A DNA stretch of 56,963 nucleotides, filler included, from Dugesia japonica (Eukaryota): NCBI GenBank assembly GCA_001938525.1. It is 6 parts of 6 records of this genome, joined end to end, with 100 filler letters (N's around TTAATTAATTAA, not from the genome) between each part and the next. Parts side by side here need not be neighbours in the genome. Positions count along the whole stretch, not along the records: positions 17,809 to 28,243 come from MQRL01621152.1; positions 28,344 to 37,671 come from MQRL01623230.1; 4 more parts are not named here. The stretch is one strand, 5' to 3'. Each line of letters opens with the position of its first letter. The first letter of the stretch is position 1. The notes under the pieces were generated by a model. That model made no database searches. It was not told where the DNA came from and saw only the letters and a program-made list of their open reading frames with translations. This document shows, piece by piece, positions 24,275-36,748 of this stretch. A program made the translations under genes and the position numbers.

Positions 24275-24472
24275 TTTTACAATTGCAATTATTGCGAGAA
24301 TAATTGTTGAATGTAGCCATTGATCGTTTTTTTAGAATTCATTAAAATAAAAGCTTCGATCAAAAATTTTTTTTTTGTTTTTTGATATTGATTCGATAGT
24401 TCTACTTTGTATTCGTTGGGAATTGACTTTTTTAAAAAAAAATTTGATCGAAGCTTTTATTTTAAATGAATT
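24275..24472. mobile_element. Palindromic MITE-like repeat, copy 1
   Basis: Begins TTTTACAATTGCAATTATTGCGAGAATAATTGTTG. Internal inverted arms AATTCATTAAAATAAAAGCTTCGATCAAA / TTTGATCGAAGCTTTTATTTTAAATGAATT. Related copies occur at 42352 and 49753-50343. Confidence 0.7.
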
Positions 24473-24518
24473 ATTATTATTACTATTATTATTATTTTTA
24501 TTATTATTATTATTATTA

Positions 24519-24550
<32 letters not shown>

Positions 24551-24624
24551 NNNNNNNNNNNNNNNNNNNNNNNNNNNNNNNNNNNNNNNNNNNNNNNNNN
24601 ATTATTATTATTATTATTATTATT
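24471..24624. repeat. (TAT)n microsatellite spanning an N gap
   Basis: Direct reading. Similar (AAT)n at 20846-20932 and (AT)n at 28217, 51967 and 55212. Confidence 0.95.
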
Positions 24625-27600
24625 ACATGATTGTTAATGTGATCAGATACGCTCGCCATAAGAACTTTATTTGCATCTATTATTTTATTTAATTCAAAAG
24701 AACGCTTTAATTATCTTGTTTATTCAAACCAAATAAATATTTCATACAAAGTCTAATAATTTGAAATTAAACCTCAATTTTTAAAAGTATATTGAAATAA
24801 ATATTTAGATTTTTTAAATAAATTTATTAAACTTATTTCATTTTTAAATGTTGAGAAAATTCCAAAGAAATCATATACATATAATTTTTATGTAATTATT
24901 AAAATTTTTAAAGATTTGTTCGGATAAAACAGTGCTAATTTAGACAGAACATTACTGAAAAATTACATGTAGACATAAGATCAAGAAACTAATGAGTAAC
25001 AGCGTAAAATAGCGAGAAGAAAATATCAAACGCAGAAACGACAAATTAAGCGAAGATCAAGAATGAGACAAAAGAAAAGAATATAATTGATAGAGCGAAA
25101 TACAAAATCGAAGAGTAAAATATAAACTAAGCTTGGAAGAGACAAAAAATAATAATTATTTAAAACAGTGAATAAATTATTTAAAAAAAGGCTTAAGTAA
25201 ATTTTGAATTAATTCTTTATTTTAAAAAAAGGTTAACTGCGAGAAATAATACTTGACAATAAACCGTGAAGAAATAAATAATTTTATTAGCAAGGTGAAT
25301 AATGAAATAAACTCAGATTAAGATCGAGATGAGAAAGTAGAAAATAATTTGTTTTATTTAGTCAATAAATTATTTAAATAGAAATGATATATTGATTCGT
25401 TAAATCATTAAATTATTATTAAACACAAATTCTCGGAATTAAATTGTTAGGAAAATTGAAATAATTCCGAAAAAAGAAAATTTAATTAACTGTGAGGAAT
25501 CTAAATTAGTATGTTTGAAATCAGAAATTTTACACCCACGCAGAAAAGTAGTACTTAGTGAAAAGGATAATATTTGACGACAATAGTTGATTTTCAGTTG
25601 TCAACAATAATAATTGAAGCTGAAAAACACACCATTCTAATTGCAACAATTTTATATATTATATGGGTAAATCATTTAATAAAACATGCTCACTATGTTA
25701 TTTCTGATGTTAATCTATATGTCGATGATGTTTTATTTATGATAAGACCGAGCGGACATGCTTTTAATGCGAATATTTTATTATTGATTTTGTATTTGGA
25801 ATTATTTGTAAGCTTTTTTAAAATAGTAATGATTGTTATTTTATGAAATTTGGTTTCTAGTAATGTTGTTTTATTTATATTGTAATGTATTTTGATAATT
25901 TTAAATATGGGATAACAAAATCTAGGAAAGAATAATCAAGGCTGCTGTAGTTTAAATTTGATAGTTTCAGTTCTCGTTAACCAGTTATGATAATTAGTTG
26001 AAATAAATTTTATTATATTTGCTTTCACTTTTTTATGTTAATGTTACTTTACCTTAAATTTTATTAATATGAATTTTATTTTATTATAATTAATTTTAAT
26101 TTATTTTGATATAACCTGCCAGAATAGCCCATGTATATTAGAAGCTGTGTCATGATAATGCTAAATTAAGCCTAATAGTTTAGTAGATAATAAAAAAATA
26201 TGTACCTTATGAAGTATTTGGAATATCACTGGCCCTGATGTTGATATGATTGTTTTATTCCATTTTTATTGAATAGCACCGAGCTGACTAAGGATAGCAA
26301 AGTGTTAAGCAGAGTTAAGAGTGAGTATTACTAGAACGAGTATTACTACCTAAATAAGTTTTAACTTTGTAAAATGGATAGTAATTTAAATAACAGTTTT
26401 TCAATAGACCTATTAAAACTTGATTAATCATTATTGGCTAGTTCAAAGCAGGTTTGGAATGTTCACCATTCTAACTAGTTGTGTACCAAGTATTCACCAA
26501 CAATAAGCAAGATAACAACCCATACCCAAGGGGGTGGCCATGTACCTTTTCTGGGTCATGCCTTTCTCCCAAAGCTCGAATACGCTTGATTGAATTTTTG
26601 CGAGTGTGTAGTGAATCTCTAGGGCAATAGTGAGCTGTAGTTAAAAAAGAGAGACATAAAAATAGCAGTTTTCTTTTCATAACTTCCCAGAACTCTAACA
26701 AATTGAATTCACTAGGTCTTAAAAGATTTAAACTCTATATTTGTCTTCTTACTATCATAATATGTTTAAGATGCATTTTGAAATAAATAAGAGTATTTTT
26801 AAGAAGTTGATCAAATAGCTATCCTATTGTTTAAAGTATTGATAACTTATAGTGGTAATTTACATTTGTTTTACTATTTTTTTGATGATAGTTCGCAATA
26901 AGTATTATTTTAAAAATACTAAAAAAAATAATGAAACTATATTTAATAAAAATGATAGCATTAATCCAAAATGCAATATGAGGCATTAGACAATGTCTAA
27001 ATTTAAAACCTAGTAAAAATATTTGAATGCCGATATCAAATGAAAATTGACATAATTGTGCTTATCTCTAGTTTTACACTGAAGTCATACTTGGAGGGTG
27101 AAATAATTTTAATCGGTTACTTAACAGTAGTTTTCACGTCTTATTTAACCATTTTAGTATAATTGTTTTGATTTTAATTATTATACTGGTAACGAATATT
27201 TTATAATAAATATTTTTCAAAACTATTAAGTCTAAATCAAAGAACATACCAATTATTAAAAATGAAAGTAATTATCAAGAATAATATTTCTGCTAAATAT
27301 AAATTAGATATAAATATTTCAAATATATATAATTTATTGACATAGGACCGTCCATTATTTATATCAACAAAATCGTGGAGAAGGGATTTGAAAAAGTTTG
27401 ACAATTGCTAAAAAGGGATGGAGGAGAAATGCGTTTTCCAGGGAATATAGTAAAAAATAACCTGAGTTATTCAAATGGCCTCTTGCAGCTAGACAGTCTA
27501 TGAATTTTTTTAGAAATTAAACAATAAGTAAAGTTGTAAATATTAAAAAATTGGTTATATGTATACTATAAGAAAAGCCAATAAATTTCATAGCGACACA

Positions 27601-28212
27601 GTAATGCTTTATACAAGAAATTCTAAAAAAAAATCAAAAGTGGCCATTTGACACAGCATGGTAGGTCTAGTGATAAATATAAATTAATTATTTTCATCTT
27701 CTCAGGAGTTTTGATTTTTTTCTAAAATCAATGATTTGTGAAAAATCTTCCAATATTCAAATCTATTGATTTATTTTTTCAAACTTTGATTACAACTTAA
27801 TTAATCAATTAATATTTTTTCATTTTTATTTTTTCCTTGATTTTATTCTAAAAAATACATTATTTAATTCATTTAAATTTATCTTAAAATTTCTCGAAGA
27901 AAGAAAATCAATATTCATCTAGAAATTATAACGTTATTTCAATTTTGATTATTTACAAATAATTAATTATATAATCTCTAATATTATTTCAAAAAGTAGA
28001 ATCGCCTTAATTCAATTAATCAATGTTTTTTTAAATATTGATTCAAATAAATAGTTTTAAATTATTTAATCTACTAAATCGATATGAAATACTAATTAAA
28101 CAACTCAACAAATGCAGTATTTGATTTTGCTGGATTGTCCGATATTTAGGGCCATTTTGATTTTGGTTTTGACTTAGATTATTGATTCTAATGCAGTTTG
28201 CTAAAATTTACG

Positions 28213-28243
<31 letters not shown>

Positions 28244-28343
28244 NNNNNNNNNNNNNNNNNNNNNNNNNNNNNNNNNNNNNNNNNNNNTTAATTAATTAAN
28301 NNNNNNNNNNNNNNNNNNNNNNNNNNNNNNNNNNNNNNNNNNN
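28244..28343. other. Artificial scaffold spacer
   Basis: N-run, TTAATTAATTAA (28288-28299), N-run. Confidence 0.97.
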
Positions 28344-29139
28344 TATAATATTGAATTTAGATAATAGTCAAGCAGACGTGGAAACTGATATAGATATGGA
28401 AAATGATGAAGAAGAAATATTATCAAATACAAAATAGATTGATTTATTGGAAAATTCCGCAACAGTTTTTGATCTGGTAATATTATTCTTATTATTTTAT
28501 GATTTCTTATTATTATTTTAGAACTGTTTATTAAAATCCTTGAAATACATTATCCGACACTCAAAGAAGCCATCAAATACTGTGCACCTGAAATCATTTG
28601 GATAAAAATAAAGGATATAACTGGAGTGAATATCAATGATGTCATGAACATTTTTTACAAATATCATGACAATGAATACAATGATTGCGAAGAAACCAAA
28701 ACTNNNNNNNNNNNNNNNNNNNNNNNNNNNNNNNNNNNNNNNNNNNNNNNNNNNNNNNNNNNNNNNNNNNNNNNNNNNNNNNNTATTTTAATTAAATTTT
28801 ATGTTGTATTGATGTTAAATAAAAATTTTAATCTTGACTTTAATTTGAAATATTTGTTTTCTTTACATAATGTGTTAAAAAAAATTTCAAAAAAAAAAAT
28901 TTCAAAAAAAAAATTAATAAAAAAAATAAAAAATATAAAATTTTATAAAAAAAAATTTTAAAAAATAAAAAAAAAAGTTTTTAAAAAAAAATTTTTAATA
29001 AATTTTTATAAAAAAATTTTAAAAAAAAAACAAAAATTTTTTAAAAAAATTTAAAAAACAATTATTATAAAAAAAAAGAAATTTATAAAAAAAAATTTTA
29101 AAAAAAAAAAAAATCAAACGAAAAAATTTTTTTTTCTAC

Positions 29140-29489
29140 CCTCCCCCTGGGTGGAAGTGATCTAGAAAATTTTTCTTTGTTAAGTTGGACATAGAAAATT
29201 TTTGAAAAAAAGTATGACTCATGATCTAGAAAATTTTTCTTTGTTAGGGGAGAGGGGAGGGGGCTCATCTGATGAGTCATTGTCTTTGTTCTAACTGACC
29301 GATGACTCATAGTCTTTGTTCTAACCGGCGATGACTCATAATGATGACTCATTTCTTTGTTTAAAAAATGATGAGTCATACAAATTTTTCATAATCATTA
29401 TTTAATTTAATTTAGCTACTTACTATTTGTAAGTAGTTTATACGTGACTAATATTTCTTAGTGATCTAGTGCGCTACTATCTACCTACT
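29140..29489 (-). mobile_element. Polinton-type terminus (element extends leftward) with ATGASTCAT array
   Basis: The reverse complement from 29489 reads AGTAGGTAGATAGTAGCGCACTAGATCAC, closely matching the plus-strand sequence at 36749. A 5'-AGT start is typical of Polinton TIRs. Confidence 0.7.
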
Positions 29490-30124
29490 TATTATTATTA
29501 TTATTTATATTATTAAAGTAAATTTTTTTTATTTTAGTTCGTCAATATTGAAAAAATAAGTTGAACCAGATTCAAATATATAAAATCATAACCAGAAAAA
29601 ATTGGTCATTATAAAGTTGTGGCGCATTATAATGGTGGTAAGAAAAAAAGAATGACCCAAAAATGTTTTGATGCTTTAACTGCAGATTTAAACAGTGATG
29701 ATTTTTCTTATGATAAATTTACTCGTGTATCATCCCAAAAAAAAATTACTGGATTTGATAGAGCATATGTCAAATTAAAATAATAAAAATGGATGAGAAT
29801 TCAGTTTTTTATAAAATGTTAAATGATTATAATTTTAAAGTTAATTCAATACAAAATTTTTATAAAGTTTATAATGTAAATGAGAAAACAGTAAAAAAAT
29901 ATTTGAAGAAATGGGAAATTGAATACAACATGAGATCGTGGGATCCATCTAGAAATATACAAAGAAATTCACATGAAGTTTTATTTCTGTAATTGATAGA
30001 TTTGAAAAATGAGCATCAATTAAAAAATTTGCTAAACTAACTAAGAATGATGGTTAAATTAATTTTGATAATTTTTTATTAGAATTGAATGAATCAAAAA
30101 AGTATACAGTAACGTAATGTAATG

Positions 30125-30234
30125 TAAGGTCTATAGTAAGGTTTATAGTAAGGCTTATAGTAAGGCTTATAGTAAGATTTATAGTAAGGTTTATAGTAAG
30201 GTTTATAGTAATGTAAGGTTTATAGTAATGTAAG
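30125..30234 (+). repeat. 12-bp tandem repeat (GTTTATAGTAAG)n upstream of the capsid gene
   Basis: About 8 copies read directly. Confidence 0.9.
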
Positions 30235-30271
30235 ATAAAAAAACACACGACTAAAATAATTTCTTTAAGAA

Positions 30272-31623
30272 ATGAATACCATGATAGATTTAGATAATAA
30301 TATTGAATTTTCACATACGGCAATAAAAAATGATACACTTGTAATTCCACCATCTTCAGGCACAATAAATAAATTAAATTCAAATGGTGACATAGTTTTT
30401 CAATCTATTCAATCAACAAATCCACTTGACATTTGTAATTCATTATTATACTTTACAATTAAGATTACAATTCCAGAAGCATCGAAAGATAAAATAATTC
30501 TTGAAAATAATTGGTTTCCAAGTTTATTTAATTCCATAAGATTATTTCTTGGGTCATCAGAAGTTGAAATAATAAATGATCCAGGTGTAATATCTACAAT
30601 GTTAAGTTTAATAACTACAACAGAAATATGGAAAAAAGAATATGGGCAATTGTCAGGTTAGTCACCAGATACAAATAAAGGAGACACTGAAACAAAAAGT
30701 TGGGATTGCAACATTGGTTATTATAATAGAAAACAGCTTTATGCCGCAAATAAATTTGAAGGTTTCTTTCAATTAATAAACCTATTTGGATTCATGCAAA
30801 ATTATAATCGACTTTTATACAACACATCGATAGAGAATAAATGTAATCGACAAATTGAAGATAAACTATTATTTTATGGCGAGGCCACATCAGAAGCTAA
30901 ATTAAAATTATTTACTCTTGATTTCCACATTCCAGAATATAGATTATTGCCAAAAGCAGAATTATCTATGTTGGAAAGAATATTAACAAATAAACCAATA
31001 AACATTTATTTAAATAGAATAACAAGAAAAACAAAAGAAGATTTAATTGAAGAAGATCTAACTTAATTGATTTAGAAACAGGTGGATATTATTCAATAAA
31101 AATTGGCAGCCTTGCATATCAACCTAGATATATTTTAATTTGTTTTAAAGAAATGGAAATTTCATTTCAACGTAATAATAATTTACTTATACAGAAAATT
31201 GTTAAAACTTTTGAAAATTATAAGAAAGAAAAAGTTACAAGAAGTAGTTATGTTAAAGGTATACAAATACAATTAAACAATTGTAATTATCCAGTCAATG
31301 AATGTAAATTTGATATGAAAAATAATGAAATGGCTTATCCATATTTGGAATATGTAAAATGTTGTCGCGAGCTTTTTACAGAACCACAATTATCACTTTT
31401 GGATTATGGCAATTTATATCCAATCTTTTGTTTTGATGCAAGTTCACATGATGATAAAATGAATATTAATAATGTTGATGTCACACTTAAAATTAAAAAA
31501 GATCCAGATTTTAAAGCAACTATTTATTGGTGTATCCTTGAAGAAAAACATGTTGAAATGAAACTAGCAAATAGTAAAATTGTTATGGTTGAAAATGTAA
31601 AAGGAATAGATATTAAATGTTAA
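30272..31623 (+). pseudogene. Polinton double jelly-roll major capsid protein (stop at 30659, frameshift near 31066)
   Basis: ORFs 30272, 30794 and 31153 join into one protein: LNSNGDIVF..NSLLYF..NNWFPSLFNSIRLFLGSSEVE..PG, LFGFMQNY, PRYILICF, IQLNNCNYP, YPIFCFDAS. The gene context supports the call. Confidence 0.82.
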
Positions 31624-31637
31624 AGAAATAGCGATGC

Positions 31638-32068
31638 ATGAGCAAGAAGAATTTTATATGTGAAGATTGTGGTAAAATAATTTTAAAGGAAAATAAATCA
31701 AGATATTTAGATTTATGCATAAATAAAGTAACACAATATGGCGGCGATCTTCAAAGTAGTAAATTAACATCTGCAATTTTAAAACCTTTTACATGGGAAA
31801 AATATCCAGGAGAAAGACATTTATTTAAACATAAAAACACTGGCCCAGGAACAAGATTAGATATTCGACTTGATGAAAATAATATTCCATTGATAAGAGA
31901 AGAACCAATTAATAGAGTCGATAATGCCGCACTTAAACATGACATCGCTTACAATTCAACCGATATTCGAGATCGACATATTGCAGGTGTAAATTTAATA
32001 CATGATTTAAATAATATTCAAATCCAACCAATTCAGAAAAACTTCAAAGAGCTCTTGTAAAACTAGCA
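31638..32068 (+). pseudogene. Parvovirus-VP1-like phospholipase A2 domain protein
   Basis: TGPGTRL (Ca-loop-like) and PINRVDNAALKHDIAY (HD dyad); N-terminal CEDC finger; frameshift near 32020. Confidence 0.88.
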
Positions 32069-32953
32069 ATGAAAGCAAAGATAATAATTGGAAAATGTGG
32101 CACAAGAAACGATCCATTTAAAAAAAATACAATTGTAGATGAAGAATCTGATGATGAAATTGACCCAAGTAAAATTAAAAGTAATGAACTTCACAAAGAA
32201 TATAGAAAACCTAAACATTTTAGAAAAGTGATTGTCTATGAAAAATATGATATTTGGTCAGCAGATTTAATATTTCAAGGCATCGAACGAAAAGGTAAAA
32301 ATGTATTATTAACAGTAATTGATCTTTATACGCGATATGCTTTTGTCGAACTAAGCAATAGCAAAACTGGTCCAGCAACAACAAAAGCATTTGAAAGAAA
32401 TTTAACTAAAAGTTTTAGAACTCCAAATAAATTATGGGTTGATAAAGGTAAAGAATTTTATAATATTCATTTTAAATCTTTTTGCAATGAGAATGACATC
32501 GAATTATATTCAACTGAAAATCATGGCAAGGCAGTTGTCATTGAAAGATTTAACAGAACATTTAAAAACAAACTTTTTAAAATTTTTACTGCCGTTGTAA
32601 ATCAAGATGTTACCCTAGAACTATTAGAAGAAATAGTAAACAATTACAATAACTCCATTCATTCATCAATTAATATTACACCACAACAAGCTTCAGATAA
32701 TCCTGAAAATATTAAAATAGAAATTCCAACAAGCACATCCGAGAAATTAAAGTTTAATATTGGAGATCGTGTACGAATTACTAAAATAGGGAAAACATTT
32801 CCTAAAGGCTACAAATTTAAATGGTCAAAAAGAATTTATATTATTACTTAAATTTATCATGATAAACCTTATACATTTGAAATCTCAAATCTTAACGGTA
32901 ACAAAATGTTGGGAAGATTTTATAGCAATGAACTTCAAAAAACATTATTATAA
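32069..32953 (+). pseudogene. Polinton retroviral-like (rve) integrase
   Basis: ELHK, IWSADL, VIDLYTRY, LWVDKGKEF, KAVVIERFNRT, YNNSIHSSI..TP, FNIGDRVRI. After an in-frame stop at 32849 it continues to GRFYSNELQK. Confidence 0.93.
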
Positions 32954-33004
32954 TTTTAAATCTAACATGAAAATAAATAGTATTATTAAAATATAAATCT
33001 TAAA

Positions 33005-34349
33005 ATGGACAATCTTCTAAAACATTTAAATGAACTTATTGAAGATTTGCCAACAATCGATGAAATAAAAGAAGAAGAATTTTATTTAAATTTTAAAATA
33101 AATTTTATAGATGCTAAAATGAAAATAGAAACTAAAATGAAAATATTAAAACCAATAATTAGAAGTTCAAAAATATATTGGGTGAAATCAAAACCTAAAG
33201 TTGAAAATGATACACCTAAAGTAAAAAATGTAAAACCTAAAGTTTGAAGATTTTACTATTGATGGAGAAGGATCGCGTGTAGTAATTGATTTGGGTAAAA
33301 CAAAAAAGAAAAGAAAACCAAAAGTAAAAAAATACCAAAAAACATTTGAATTTATCACAACAGAAAGTGAAAAAGAAGAGCCACCTAAAATTGAAAGAAA
33401 TGATTCTGATTATGAACAAGAAATCACTAAACTTGAAACTAAAAATGGGCCCCACGGAGCCCGAAATGTAAAATGTGAAATTCCTAAGGAAAATTCTGAA
33501 TGTGAAAGTGAAAGTGAAAGTGAACGGTCTAAGGAAAGTTCAAAATATGATTCTGAAAGTGAAATTGAACAAGCAGAAGTAGAAACTCAAATAATTCCTA
33601 AGGAAAATTTTGAATATGATTCTGAAAGTGAAAATTCTGAAAATGAAGAAACTGAAATAATTCCTAAGGAAAGTTCTGAAAGTGAAAGCAAAAATTCTGA
33701 AAGTGAAAGTGAAAGTGAACAAAAAACCGAAGAAATTGAACAGCCGAAAGTAGAAACTAAAACTCCAATACCTAAAATATTACCATTAAGTAAATTAGAA
33801 AAAAATGTAATCGATAGAGGAAAATTAAATAAGAAAGAAATTAAACCATTGGAAAATGATGATAAGGTTTTGCAAAAGATTAATGTTAAATTAAATGTAA
33901 AAGATGAGTTTTTAAAATATTTATTGCCAAAACCATTTGCTTCATCAATATTAAAACAAGAAGATATTGAAAAGAAAATTTTAATTATTCATGAGCTCAG
34001 TGAAAGTAAATATAAAACATTAGACAGGAAAGGAATTACAGAAGAAATTTATTATTGGAATGATGTAATAATAAAAAGTAAACAAATTGGTTTAATTGGC
34101 TATTCTAAATTAGGGAAATTATTAACAATACTAAAAACACAATTTAAAAAAAGTTCACAATTTAAAAATTATTTATATGGAAGAGAAATTCACTATTCAA
34201 TTAGATACATAAACAAATTAATACAATTTAGTAAGTTAGTAGATAAGTTTCCAAAGATATTAAATAGTAAATTTTCATTTCATAAGATACACACGAATTT
34301 TAAAGCGATTAAAGAAGCTATTAACGAAGAACTTAAAGTTTACCCCTAA
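33005..34349 (+). pseudogene. Unknown Polinton protein: E/S-rich repeats plus C-terminal helical domain (1-nt frameshift near 33244)
   Basis: ORFs 33005 and 33291 join if one T is removed. Contains repeats of IIPKE..ESESE, and the C-terminus is paralogous to 35142-35429. Confidence 0.7.
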
Positions 34350-34389
34350 ATAAAAAAGTGGGCCCCACGGGGCCGAAATCTAAAAGTGT

Positions 34390-35141
34390 TAAAATAAGTC
34401 ATCTAACATTTCATCTGTCTCTTTGTTCACATAAAAATAATTATACTTTGTTTTCCAATGAAGATTTACCTCATAATCATATTATAACTTGTTCATAAAA
34501 ATATTTGAAAATAGTTCATGATAAACATTATCTCTATCAGTTTTATTTAATTTGAAAAAGATGTAACAATTTGAATTATTCCTTATAGAATTTTTATCAA
34601 GATGATAATATGTTTGGGAAATATAAATCACATTACAGTTTGAATGTCTTCCACGAGTAAAATAACGTTTTTAAATTTCTTGATTCTTTTCATTAACAAC
34701 ATCATCAAATATTATTAAGTTTTTCTTTTCTCTTGAAAGATTATCACATGAAATAATTTCATTAGGTTTATTTGATAATGTTAAAATTATAGATCTTGGT
34801 TTTCTAACTACTATTTTTTTTTCTAGATAATATTGTACAACTTGATGAGGTGTAACACAAGTATTTGGAACGATAATTTGATTTTCAAACATTAAAATAA
34901 TTTTTTGTTTAGTTAAACCATTTTCAAAACCAATGTAAAGTAATTGAATTTCAAATTGATTAATTGTAGTCGAATAAAATATTAAAACATCATAATCTAA
35001 AAATTCAGGTGTCAATAACATTTTCATTAATAAAACATTTTTACCACAACCTGAAGATCCAATCATTAAAAGTCTAAAATTATTCGGTAACACTTTATTA
35101 TTAAAAGTTGTCAAAATTTTATTCCAGATGTACGAAGCCAT
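34390..35141 (-). pseudogene. A32/FtsK-HerA-type genome packaging ATPase
   Basis: Walker A GSSGCGKN and Walker B LIIFDD. Past the in-frame stop at 34671 it reads YFTRGRHSNCNVIYISQTY..IRNNSN. Confidence 0.92.
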
Positions 35142-35728
35142 TTATTCTACCATATTTTTAGCTATTATTTCTTCAATTACACAAAAATTTTCTTGGATTT
35201 TTCTAGATGAAAAGTTACTTTTAATAATCTCTGGCCGTGTTTCTGCTATTTTTACAAATCTAATTAATATGTTTATATAACTCATTGTGGGAACAATTCC
35301 ATATGCTGCTAGAAAACTTAAAAAATCACTACAATGTGTTTTTTCATTTTCATCTCGAAATCTAGATTTTAAAGCATACAATATTGATCCTAATTGTGCA
35401 TATGAAAGTAATGTTCCTCGTTTAAACATAGTTAATTGTCTTTTCCATTGTAAATAACAATCTGCTAAAGTAATTTCATTTTTAGATAAATATACTGCAC
35501 AATATTCTCTATAATCTTCTGGTTTACAGTTTCTTGTTCAGTTTCAGTTACATCATACATTCCAAAAATTTCATCAAGATCATATTCTTCTTCATCTTCT
35601 TTATTAAGCACTGTTATTAAATTAGTTAATTCATCTTTTAAATTTTTCATATTTTCATTATCATCATTTAATTCACCAAATTTTATTTTAGGTAAAACAT
35701 TTTTAATCGCGTTTATTAAATCTTCCAT
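35142..35728 (-). pseudogene. Unknown Polinton protein, paralog of the 33005-34349 C-terminal domain (1-nt frameshift near 35523)
   Basis: ORFs 35465-35728 and 35142-35429 join. Shared pattern W-x14-YxxLGxxLxxLKxxF...YINxLIxFxK...PxIxxSxFSxxKIxxNF. Confidence 0.7.
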
Positions 35729-36069
35729 TCTCTGTAGGCTTTGTTATTTCTTATATTTAAAATTTAGAGCTTTATGCGACCCTTGGTTAATCACTTTAAT
35801 TATTTTGAGACGCAGGAGTCTCACATGCGTCCCCTTGCTTTTTACATTCCAAGTTTACTTTTCATTTCATTAATAACTTTTGTTTGATTTTTCACCAAAA
35901 TTTTTAAACTAACATCTTGTGATTTATTTTTTTCCGATTTGTTTCCAGAAATCAACTCATGAACTTCATTTACCATATTTTTACTTGTCATTAACTCATC
36001 ATCTGTCAGAATTTCATCATTAACAGCTTTCTGTTGAAATAGAAATAATTTATTTTTAACAGCCTCAAG

Positions 36070-36748
36070 TTTATATTGAAATGCAAAATATTGGTCATCA
36101 GAATGTGGAATTATTTTTTTTATTTCATTTGGATGTTTTCTTAAAAGTTGTTTGAAAAATAAATGATTATCATAGCCCATCGCATTATGAAAATAAAATG
36201 GTATAAATAAATTCTTTTTACTTCTATCTTGAAGATTACAATCGGAATGCGCATATCACGAAATTCTCCATTGAAATGATTATGATCTTTAACTGGATTT
36301 TCTGTTATTGGTTTATCACAATATCTAAATTCACTATTAGGAATAAATTCTGGAGCTTGACCGGTGTAATCTTTTATTAACTTATTAAAAATAACATTTC
36401 TAAATTGTTTATTAATTTCTTCAAGAAACTTAATAAAATCTTTAATAACATTTTCTCCTGAAAATTCATAATATTTACTTTCAAATAAAGTTTGATATTA
36501 ACTTTTGAGATAAATGCCTAAGCTTATTGCTTCTAGTTTATCGTTATTATTATTTGTGTAAGATTAAAAATCTCCATATAAAACAAATGGCATTTTATTT
36601 ATAAAACAGTTACTTTTATATTCGAAATAATTTTGAGTTGGAAATTTTACATTTGCTGATTTATGATGAATACATTCTTGTTGATTAAAACATCATTGGT
36701 TGAATATTGATTCATACAACCTAAGCATAAATGATTTCGTGGTTTCAC
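36070..36748 (-). pseudogene. pPolB: Second pPolB fragment (Zn finger, ExoI, HNH, ExoII)
   Basis: PFVLYGDF*SY, LGIYLKS..ESKYYEFSGEN, DHNHFNGEFR, LFIPFYFHNAMGYDNHLFF..KKIIPH: collinear with the copy at 5269-8950. Confidence 0.9.

Noticed and set aside
24375-24692. Poly-Leu/Tyr ORF and other short ORFs crossing N runs or lying antisense to real genes
   Set aside because: Artefacts of microsatellites, N gaps or shadow frames.
28344-28703. Spliced gene fragment with a 45-nt GT-AG intron (28477-28521)
   Set aside because: The exon phases do not join cleanly and no homology was recognised.
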